DNA from: Clostridia bacterium
GTDB lineage: Bacteria; Bacillota; Clostridia; UMGS1883; UMGS1540
Reading direction: 5' to 3'
Length of the DNA stretch: 64,000 bases
Assembly: GCA_045590195.1 (NCBI GenBank)
Contig: JAZNQN010000021.1
Location: 1,352-65,351, forward strand
The position numbers were made by a program, and so were the translations under genes. The notes beneath the pieces are model-generated. The model saw nothing but the letters and a program-made list of their open reading frames with translations. It had not been told where the DNA came from and did not search any database. Of this stretch, positions 57,301 through 64,000 are shown in pieces; within the stretch, counting starts at the first letter, position 1, and every line of letters starts with the position of its first letter.

Positions 57301-60300
57301 CTCAAAATATGAAGCATCGTAAATCAGCGGCATCTCATCGGTTTCAATTCTTTCTGTTCTATCTACTCCTGTTTTTTCGATTATTGCATAAATTTTATGC
57401 TGGGAATATGAATACGGTTTATCAAGCTCAATTTGCAGTGCCCATGTTCCTACCTTGTTGGCTTTTGTAGTTCCTACTTCAACGCCATTATCATAAACAG
57501 TAACCATACCTTCAGGCATCGTAAAGCCACTTATATAAACCCGCGTACTTCCTGTTTTTTCAGGAACAATAATCTTACTTGCACTTACCTCAATACTTGC
57601 TGTACCTATAGGCTGAATAGCGTTGCCCCCGTCATTATCAAGGCTTAAATATGCATCTATATTATAAGTATTCTTCTCAGTAGCATAAATATAAAATCTT
57701 ACAACTGCTTTATTGAGATCAGTTCTGATTTTTAACTGCCCATTTCCAAGACTATATGCAGTGCCTTTGCCGTTTATAGTAACAGAACCCGGCACGAAAG
57801 CAATACCATCCGGTATATCAATTGTTACCTCACGGGCAGAAAGTGTATATTTGGGATCAATTTCATATTCTGCACGCAGAACTATATACTTTCCGGTTGC
57901 CGCTGATGGAGTGTTGGCAGTAAATCCGGTGTTTTCAGGAAGAGTATAATAAAGCTTACTTTCATCAAAATCAGGAACAACAACACCGGATAATTCTGAA
58001 ATTTCGCCATTTTTAACCACTGCATTTTTTGTTACATAGTCAACATTTAAAACCAGTCCGAGTTCATCCATTTTACCAAGATTTGAAACTTTACGCAAAA
58101 CATTGTTTTTCTTTATGAATAAAAGCGTATAATCTCCGTTTTCAACTTCGTCAGTTTTTCCTGCGTCTTCCACCGTGTATGTTTTGATAAATTCACCACG
58201 AGAATCAAATATCATCATATAATTGATGTTGTTTCCGCTTATTTCCGATACTTCAATATGTCCGTTTTCAACAAATAAGATTTCACCGCTTCCCATCTTA
58301 TCAGAATTAAGAACTACCTCAACAGGATTTGCTGTCATCTTTTGATTTTCATCAGTTGCAGTAATCTCTACAAGATCACCTGCACTCACTTCATCTTCAC
58401 CAATGATAAGCTCATAATTTTGCACTTCAAAATTGGTAATTTCTTTATTTTTCGTTTTATTTTTAACTACAAAACTTATATCATCTATATCTGAAAAAGA
58501 AACTATATCTGCTGTTTCGCCGGCTTTTTTCGCCGCTTTTTTCTTAAATGTCAAAGAAATTTTATTTGACGGAAGTTTTGTAAGAGATATCTCACCCATG
58601 TTAATATTTTCCTGTTTTGTCTTTCCGTCAATTACAGTTACCGTTTTGCTACAATATCCCAAAGCAGACAGTTTTGCACTACTTGAAACATTTGAAACGT
58701 TGGCTGAATACTCGCCATTGATGTCAGTTGAAGTATTTACTGTCTTAGTATATTCATCATTATATTTCTGCGTAAATGTAATATCAGCATCTACAATAGG
58801 TTCTCCATCACGATTTTGAACTTTTCCTGTTACACAAACCGTATCTATTTTCTCAAGCTTACACTTAATGTCATAGTTGTTATCTTCTATAACAAGCTCC
58901 TCACGCAAATGCGGATAATATACGTATGACAATTCTTCGCCCAAAATAATCTCATATTCATACGTTTTATCATCTTCACCTGCAAATGATCTACCTGTTG
59001 CTATAGCAGTATCCGAGCCTTTTTCATACCAATTAACGGTATAATCTCCGGCTATTTCTTCGCCATTTTCATCAATCGGTGTTATAAATGCCATTCCCTG
59101 ACCTATATACCGGTACTTGATATTTCTTTCCTTTGCAAAGTTCTCTGCATAAGAGTCGGCATCAACAATCCATATTATATCGTCACATTTTTCAAATGCG
59201 CTTTCTTCTATCATTGTTACAGTTTCCGGTATATAAATGGTTTTAAGATTTGTACATCTTTCAAAAATTCCGTATTGGAGATATGTTATGTTATACGAAA
59301 GATTTACCTGGCTGAGTTTTTCGCAACCATAAAATGCAAGCGCACCCAATTCTTTAACACTGTCCGGAAAAGTTATTTCTTCAAGGCTCGTGCAACTATA
59401 AAACGCATTGCCTCCGATAGTTTCAGTATTTTCGCCAAATGTAACAGTCTTTAAATTTTTACACTCGTAAAATGCTGCATACCCAATCGACCCCACATTA
59501 TCAGAAACAGTCATACCGGTAATACCGCTAAAACCTGCAAATGCATAATCTTTGACTTCGCTCATACTGCCAGGAATAACGATATTATTTGTTAACACGC
59601 CGTTTATATATAATTCCTCAGCCTGAGAAAGCGGATTTGCTTCCGAACCTTCAAATGTGATTTTAAGCCATGATTCCAGGTCGTCTATATATACCTTTGA
59701 CAGTGAATTACAACTGCCAAAATTGTAATTATTTATTGAGGTTACACTTGAGGGGATATGTATCTCGGTGAGACTGCTGCATCCTTGGAAAACCGAATAT
59801 GGAATCGCTTTTAAACCGTTTTTAATAACCACCTTTTCAAGTCCACGGCATTTTCCAAAAGCACCTTCACCCAAGGCTGTACCCCCGTCAACTCCTTCTT
59901 TACCGCTATCATCATTTCCGGTAGTGCCCAAACTTCCGGGCAATGTAATTTCTTTAATGGAAGAACAACCGTAAAAAGCATTTCCACCTATGCTTTTTAA
60001 CCCCTCCGGCAGAATTATTTCATTAAGTTTTGAACATCCGTAAAATGCCGTATGGCCTATGCTTTCAATTTTATTTCCTATATCAGCATTTTCTAAATTG
60101 CTGCACTCCCAAAAAGCACTGTTACCTATACTTTTCACACTGTCAGGAATTGTTATATCAGTAAGATATTTGTATCCGTAAAAAGTATTTTTTTTAATTT
60201 CGGTAACAGTGTCCGGAACAGTTATATCAGTTACAAGCTCGTTTTCAATATAAAGCTTACATGCAACATCATTGCCTTCATCCAAAAGTGCAATTTCATC

Positions 60301-61545
60301 ATAGTTATAATGTTTTGCATTTAGCAAACAACAGTCAAATTCTATGCCGCACCACGCTTCAATGCTGGTTATATACACACTCTCAAGCTTATGATTCATT
60401 GGAAATGCATTATATCCAATCCTATTTACACTTTCAGGTATATGAACACTCTTCATCCCCGAAAAATTGCAAAATGCATTATTTTTAATCTCATCAGTTC
60501 CTTCCGGAATAACAATGTTTTCAGTAAGTACACCACCTATATATAACTCATCTGCCACATTCAATGGGTTTGAGTTTTCGCTTTCAAAATAAATACTGCA
60601 CCATGAAGCTACATTATCTATGTATACTTTTTCCAAAGAATAACACTGATAAAAAGCATAGTTTTCTGCTGATGTTACACTGGCAGGTATTGTTATTTCC
60701 TTTAAGTTATCACAACTTGAGAAGGCAGAAAAAGGTATTGCAGTTACACCGTTTAATATAACTGCTTTTCCCAAACCGGTACATTCTGTAAAAGAATTAC
60801 TGCCCCACACTTCAACACTACCCGGTATAGTAATTTCGCTAATACCTGTACATCCCTTAAATGCATTGCTTCCGATAGATTTAAGCGAATCGCCAAGGTC
60901 TAAACTCTTTAAGGAAGTACAATCGTAAAACGCATCGCCTCCGATAACTTCGAGATTATCACCAAAATTTATTGACTCTAACTCGGTATGTTCCCTGAAT
61001 GCTCTATCTGCTATTTCGGTCACAGTTTCTGGCAATGAATAACTGATAAGTTTTTTTGCATACGGAACCACCATGAGCTTTGTTATATTCTTATCAAACA
61101 AAATTCCGTCAATACTTTTTAAATACTGGCTATTTTCGTCAACGAGTATTTCTGTAAGATTCTCTGTTCCGTAAGAATCAAAACCGAATGTAGATCTTAC
61201 ATTTTCAGAAATTGTAATCGAGGTTACATTTGGAGCATAGAAAGAGCTGATTTCCACAACAGGATATCCAGCATATTCCGAAGGCAATATAATTGCTCCT
61301 GACAAAGTATCTGAAGATACAGATATCCCTTTACCTATCAGTTGCCAATTATCATCGTACACATCATAAAAAGAATATGCCGGATTCATTGGTTCTTCAG
61401 GCGTTGGTTCTTCCGGCATTGGCTCATCTGTTGTTATATCTCTACCTGTTTCTATATCATCATAAGTTTCTGCGAGGGAGCTAATCGGTATCATCGATAT
61501 TATTATAGATAAAATCAAAGCCATACTGATTATTCTTTTTTTCAA
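54316..61545 (-). CDS. Giant (~2410 aa) secreted surface protein with two blocks of BspA-type leucine-rich repeats (LRR_5), Ig-like/BIG2 domains and two chitobiase/hexosaminidase-C-like domains
   Basis: Start assigned to TTG 61543-61545 (MKKRIISMALILSIIISMIPISSLA signal peptide), 7 nt after AGGAGGTG. The ORF-track ATG at 61587 precedes the RBS. Repeats have the form IPxSVxxIGxxAFxxCxxLxxIxIP. GGGGGGNG linker. TDGAEIYYTLDGTCP and TDGAVIHYTTDNTVP domains. Confidence 0.8.
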   Translation of the reverse strand: MKKRIISMALILSIIISMIPISSLAETYDDIETGRDITTDEPMPEEPTPEEPMNPAYSFYDVYDDNWQLIGKGISVSSDTLSGAIILPSEYAGYPVVEISSFYAPNVTSITISENVRSTFGFDSYGTENLTEILVDENSQYLKSIDGILFDKNITKLMVVPYAKKLISYSLPETVTEIADRAFREHTELESINFGDNLEVIGGDAFYDCTSLKSLDLGDSLKSIGSNAFKGCTGISEITIPGSVEVWGSNSFTECTGLGKAVILNGVTAIPFSAFSSCDNLKEITIPASVTSAENYAFYQCYSLEKVYIDNVASWCSIYFESENSNPLNVADELYIGGVLTENIVIPEGTDEIKNNAFCNFSGMKSVHIPESVNRIGYNAFPMNHKLESVYITSIEAWCGIEFDCCLLNAKHYNYDEIALLDEGNDVACKLYIENELVTDITVPDTVTEIKKNTFYGYKYLTDITIPDSVKSIGNSAFWECSNLENADIGNKIESIGHTAFYGCSKLNEIILPEGLKSIGGNAFYGCSSIKEITLPGSLGTTGNDDSGKEGVDGGTALGEGAFGKCRGLEKVVIKNGLKAIPYSVFQGCSSLTEIHIPSSVTSINNYNFGSCNSLSKVYIDDLESWLKITFEGSEANPLSQAEELYINGVLTNNIVIPGSMSEVKDYAFAGFSGITGMTVSDNVGSIGYAAFYECKNLKTVTFGENTETIGGNAFYSCTSLEEITFPDSVKELGALAFYGCEKLSQVNLSYNITYLQYGIFERCTNLKTIYIPETVTMIEESAFEKCDDIIWIVDADSYAENFAKERNIKYRYIGQGMAFITPIDENGEEIAGDYTVNWYEKGSDTAIATGRSFAGEDDKTYEYEIILGEELSYVYYPHLREELVIEDNNYDIKCKLEKIDTVCVTGKVQNRDGEPIVDADITFTQKYNDEYTKTVNTSTDINGEYSANVSNVSSSAKLSALGYCSKTVTVIDGKTKQENINMGEISLTKLPSNKISLTFKKKAAKKAGETADIVSFSDIDDISFVVKNKTKNKEITNFEVQNYELIIGEDEVSAGDLVEITATDENQKMTANPVEVVLNSDKMGSGEILFVENGHIEVSEISGNNINYMMIFDSRGEFIKTYTVEDAGKTDEVENGDYTLLFIKKNNVLRKVSNLGKMDELGLVLNVDYVTKNAVVKNGEISELSGVVVPDFDESKLYYTLPENTGFTANTPSAATGKYIVLRAEYEIDPKYTLSAREVTIDIPDGIAFVPGSVTINGKGTAYSLGNGQLKIRTDLNKAVVRFYIYATEKNTYNIDAYLSLDNDGGNAIQPIGTASIEVSASKIIVPEKTGSTRVYISGFTMPEGMVTVYDNGVEVGTTKANKVGTWALQIELDKPYSYSQHKIYAIIEKTGVDRTERIETDEMPLIYDASYFEVSKLTMINQAHLPSTMTLAEYVTEIDYKNPKPLDAYLYWPNYPDFTFRVEFTGGDDTVLSDVYVVTQGNDGEIRKIPMIYDEVTLSWLGHARFTSHEIPQKIAVDYKMVYEDERPFIADEQMITDLKAEVAKNPSQESIDVIEHYFSADVIESSITEDGIGSATIKISAKENSLEDRYITVSSEIIENFENDGSYEEILVVNGEKIYLKTESMPGYTIKTVYDSETKTLSTVRYESAVSMDLYSDFQLFYELDDIIDLLDPLGLLYDNAKEQAEQKMQEFNDAIANNECWPYSNNQENILQTAQSCYDNIMEICNSGNEEAEKLLDNLSKCGEESLQKLLGRAMQIVASVKAAYLLNINLWLFKFDHQIYRATWAGHSSPECKPCQPGENCGPNGGGGGGNGDKMPTPNFKTPNILDPSGYVYEAVPSNRIEGVKAECYYYDYPLDEFGVAGDAKEEIFWNADEYDQVNPLYTDVNGMFHWDVPAGQWLVKFSKEGYYNTNTKKDVAADENGYLPVPPPQTEVNTEIVSKSAPTVETVNIYDDEIQIIFSQYMNINSVNVDNVKVTAGGAMVAGTIEPVNAEYDYKKVNKYASVFKFIPDSTLAEDVAVQISNVKNYAGKTMSGKSELSQTVGARPESIVVASSVDILYNSGTLLEISVSPKSAGANKTLSVKSMSPSIVGVVNDTITTDENGKALVMLSGKLPGEGSIEISLDGTDIKSSTRANVGNVTDTSNACAKVKANIASGSAVKRGTTITLSTETDGAEIYYTLDGTCPCIVESSSRIRYTGEITVEEDTFIIAYAVKAGMNDSATAGFVYSIEKAAKPKASPTAGAVPVGTYVELTTETDGAVIHYTTDNTVPSRASAIYSGPIEITGLTTIKAIAVKDGIDDSDIFAATYTLTEGNELKSMSVDFNEDGLNWYFDVSVEDYVSDAAVYVAVYDKYRQMLLFTSKTLSAEGTTLCLPKSNILNASYAKVFVWERNMRSVTLSEEFDL

Positions 61546-61667
61546 ATTAAGCACCTCCTGAAAATAAAAAATTATTTCATTGTGCAACCATAGAGGTTTA
61601 CTACTATTTTCCTAATCTTTGCCCCATTGGCTCTGTTCTATAGTATTCGCATATTATCCACAACCTT

Positions 61668-61696
61668 ATTATAATCCATAAATCTTTATATTGCAA
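61668..61696 (-). promoter_or_regulatory. Consensus sigma-A promoter of the giant gene (TTGCAA - 17 nt - TATAAT)
   Basis: Minus strand: -35 at 61691-61696, -10 at 61668-61673, about 120-nt leader. Confidence 0.55.
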
Positions 61697-61752
61697 TCAT
61701 AATTTGTAAATTTTTTATTTAATGCTTTAACCTGCGTTAGCGAATTCAGCTA

Positions 61753-61786
61753 AAAAAAGACAGATTTCAATAAAATCTGTCTTTTT
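61753..61786 (-). terminator. Hairpin terminator of the 61825-63363 gene; second copy of the ~33-nt repeat seen at 40166
   Basis: aaaaagacagatttc-aataa-aatctgtcttttt. The 5' flank gcgaattcagctaaaaaaagacagatttc matches gcgaatttagctgaaaaaaaagacagatttc at 40163-40193. Confidence 0.7.
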
Positions 61787-61824
61787 CACGAAATAGCCAA
61801 ATGGTTTAGATGCCACTTCTACTC

Positions 61825-63363
61825 TTATAAATTTAACAGTTTTATATCAAATCTTCCGTTTTGCTTGAAATATCCTAAATTAAATATTTCTCCAGGATGT
61901 TTCTTTGCCCAGATTTTTGCTACTGTCTTTAATTCTTCAGCGGTAATCAATAGAATTTGTGTATCATTATTCAAAGAAAAATCAACACATTCTTGTATGC
62001 TTTGAGGTGTGAAATCAGGTGCAATTACCATAAACACGGTTACATCTTTATCTGATGTTTTTATGTATCTTTCAAACTGTTGAATGTGATCTTTTAAATT
62101 AACTGCTGTTTCCTTTGATTTATTATCCCACATAATATACTTATCTTTAAAGGATAATTTACCATCTGGATGTTCAGAACCGGTCAAAGTCAATGGCTTA
62201 TTTAATAACATTTTTTCAAACAAATAATTCGTTGCATCTTCAAATAAGTGTTCACATTGTAAATCTTTTTCAATGATATTATTTGCTCTCAGATTTTTCA
62301 AATCTCTATTTGCAAGTTGATTATAAAACGCAATAAGTTTTTCTCTTTCATCTTCCGTTTTAATTTCTATTCTTCTCATTGAATCATAGTATTCGAGAAT
62401 CCTATCAATTAACGCAACCTTATTCCCTGATACATTTAACCCAATATCACTACACCAAGCTGACAGCATTGTAACATCCAGTCCATCTCGTGGCGAAAAT
62501 CCACCGATTAAATTAGACGGTTGTATGGATTTCAAAATAATGTCTTTCAATTCGTTTACAGTAGGATTATTTGATATTTCAATTTTAGCTTTTGAAAAAT
62601 ATTGACTTGCTTTATTTACTATATCAATAAGATACTGTTTCTTTGTTTTCTTAACCACATAATCAACAAGTTTCTCATATCCATATGCTCGTATTTCAAT
62701 ATTATAATATTTTCTAATACATTGAGCTATATCGTCAGGAATCATATCACACATAACGCCATCAGAATTCTTTATCGCCACAATTAATCCTTTTGCTTGT
62801 AATACTTTTCTTGTATCTTCTATATCATCATAGGTGTGTAAAACATTTTCAGGAGTTGGAAATCTTCCTGATTTAGCTTCAAGCATATGAAACTCTTTAA
62901 TGGAAATCGACAAATACTTTCTTAGTGTTTCCAAAAGATTCTTCTCGTCAACTGAAATATCATCATTGTGCGCCCAAGCAGCATCTATCATATGCTTAAA
63001 CAGTGCAAAATCTTTAGATATTTTGCTTTCGTCAAAATTATTCGATTCATCAACAATAGATTTTTCATAGTTTAAAACCGCAGAATCAGTATCTTTGGTT
63101 GATGAAATAAAATCATCTTGATTTAACAAATAATCACGCAACAATATTGGTGCAATAATCCTAACTGCACGATTTGAATCAAGTTTAATTTCTTCTAATC
63201 TATTGCTAATATTATCGAAAGAAGTATATTGATTTGCTGTTTTCTTTAAAAAATCTTTGATCTCATCAAACTCTAATCGTCTATAATCGGCAACATAAGC
63301 AGAAGCAACTCTCTTTGCTATTGTAATATTAGGAATTTGTTCAACAAATTTAATAAAATCCAT
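61825..63363 (-). CDS. Orphan SAP/HeH-motif protein with C-terminal PD-(D/E)xK nuclease-like signature (candidate defence/restriction-like nuclease)
   Basis: Start set to ATG 63361-63363 (MDFIKFVEQ), 8 nt after GAGGTGG. 513 aa. SAP-like DGLDVTMLSAWCSDIGLNVSGNKVALIDRILEYY. C-terminal CEHLFED ... EHPDGKLSF ... IMWDNKSKE (E / PD / DxK spacing). Markedly AT-rich compared with neighbours. Confidence 0.55.
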   Translation of the reverse strand: MDFIKFVEQIPNITIAKRVASAYVADYRRLEFDEIKDFLKKTANQYTSFDNISNRLEEIKLDSNRAVRIIAPILLRDYLLNQDDFISSTKDTDSAVLNYEKSIVDESNNFDESKISKDFALFKHMIDAAWAHNDDISVDEKNLLETLRKYLSISIKEFHMLEAKSGRFPTPENVLHTYDDIEDTRKVLQAKGLIVAIKNSDGVMCDMIPDDIAQCIRKYYNIEIRAYGYEKLVDYVVKKTKKQYLIDIVNKASQYFSKAKIEISNNPTVNELKDIILKSIQPSNLIGGFSPRDGLDVTMLSAWCSDIGLNVSGNKVALIDRILEYYDSMRRIEIKTEDEREKLIAFYNQLANRDLKNLRANNIIEKDLQCEHLFEDATNYLFEKMLLNKPLTLTGSEHPDGKLSFKDKYIMWDNKSKETAVNLKDHIQQFERYIKTSDKDVTVFMVIAPDFTPQSIQECVDFSLNNDTQILLITAEELKTVAKIWAKKHPGEIFNLGYFKQNGRFDIKLLNL

Positions 63364-63589
63364 ATTATACCACCTCGAAGATATTATATCATAATAAGCA
63401 TAAATTGTCAAAAGAAAAACCGAATGATAAAGACATGGCATCTAAATCATTCGGTTTCTATGGCTTCCCTCGCTCCTTATTTTCTCCGAATTCGCCCTCG
63501 TTTCATCTGCCACCGGCAGCACTCGGCCTCATTCCAGTTAACAGCCGCTGCGGCTGTTTTGCGAAAGCTTTGATTAAAGTTCAAATTAA

Positions 63590-63625
63590 AAAGCCAAACA
63601 AAAAACACACCATACGGTGTGTTCT
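63590..63625 (-). terminator. Rho-independent terminator of the 63682-63960 gene
   Basis: aacacacc-atac-ggtgtgtt, with a minus-strand U-run (plus-strand aaacaaaaaa). Confidence 0.6.
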
Positions 63626-63681
63626 TTGCTTGGCATTGGACTCAATGATTGATACAATGCACCTTATTTCAAATACAAGGT

Positions 63682-63960
63682 TCAATCTTTTTCTTCACCC
63701 GATAATGTTTCAATTGCAAACCTTCCACCGAGCCGGAAGGCATATATAAATATTTCCCTCTCCAAAAGGCTGTTCATTTCAGAAACCGCATCATCGTATT
63801 TTTGTAAGATTTCATTCTGTGCCTCGGTTAATGTTTCTGTAAGACTTGTTCGATTTTTATCCATAAGCCGTAACAGGGGTTTTATCTCCGGGTGTTGAGC
63901 AGCATATTGCTCTTGCGGAAATATATTTCCATACCAAAATTCCTCAAGTAACTTTCTCAT
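63682..63960 (-). CDS. Hypothetical small protein (92 aa)
   Basis: RBS gaggaggg 5 nt before the ATG. MRKLLEEFWYGNIFPQEQ... has no recognisable motifs. A vaguely familiar Clostridial small-protein family that I cannot name. Confidence 0.5.
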   Translation of the reverse strand: MRKLLEEFWYGNIFPQEQYAAQHPEIKPLLRLMDKNRTSLTETLTEAQNEILQKYDDAVSEMNSLLEREIFIYAFRLGGRFAIETLSGEEKD

Positions 63961-64000
63961 TGTATCCCTCCTCGCATAAAGAAAACGACCGCATCACCGA

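Noticed and set aside
40218-61790. Genomic island bounded by the ~33-nt direct repeats at 40163-40217 and 61748-61790 next to tRNA-Arg
   Set aside because: The repeat abuts the tRNA but does not overlap its 3' end. The enclosed 21.5 kb contains core genes (asd, dapA, dapB). There is no integrase or recombinase. The repeats are more likely a dispersed terminator-associated repeat.
63337-63749. Plus-strand ORFs 63337-63573 and 63405-63749
   Set aside because: They span the terminator and promoter spacer and the 3' end of the minus-strand small gene. No RBS. Implausible Pro/Ser/Arg-rich composition.
1-64000. Prophage, IS element or integrative element content
   Set aside because: I recognised no integrase, transposase, terminase, capsid or recombinase-like ORF on either strand. 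The only mobility hint is the compositional anomaly of the 61825-63363 gene.

Overview
This window looks like a low-GC Firmicutes (Clostridia-like) chromosomal segment. It is densely coded, with about 48 protein genes and one tRNA-Arg(ACG). I found no rRNA, CRISPR array, transposase or integrase.

Housekeeping genes are present: the valS 5' part, rho, pgcA, rqcH, recN-argR-nadK and asd-dapA-dapB. They are interleaved with five kinds of accessory content:
1. Cell-surface proteins: an adjacent cohesin-like/dockerin-like gene pair, an SLH protein, and a ~2410-aa BspA-type LRR protein.
2. A Na+-translocating biotin decarboxylase operon (gamma / biotin carrier / beta / carboxyltransferase) preceded by an IscU-like + GGGtGRT-family gene pair with a structured leader.
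3. A 10-kb RpiR-associated minus-strand catabolic cluster. It combines an IolB-type isomerase, a PfkB kinase, a class II aldolase, an FGGY kinase, a single-chain EtfB-EtfA fusion, an FAD oxidase with a 2x[4Fe-4S] partner, and NagA plus a NagB-like enzyme.
4. Four divergent GH42-fold glycoside-hydrolase-like paralogs next to nanE, a sugar kinase and an AraC regulator.
5. Two apparently frameshifted genes: an AraC regulator broken at a T7 tract, and a split GH-like gene.

Unexplained non-coding structure includes a 7-copy array of the palindromic half-site AATTTAGCT next to the tRNA. A ~33-nt terminator-bearing repeat is shared between 40.2 kb and 61.7 kb.

The strongest candidate for an undescribed system is an AT-rich orphan gene at 61825-63363. 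It encodes an N-terminal region of unknown fold, a SAP/HeH-like motif and a C-terminal PD-(D/E)xK nuclease-like signature, so it may be a single-gene defence nuclease. All calls come from reading the sequence and motif recognition. No database search was run.
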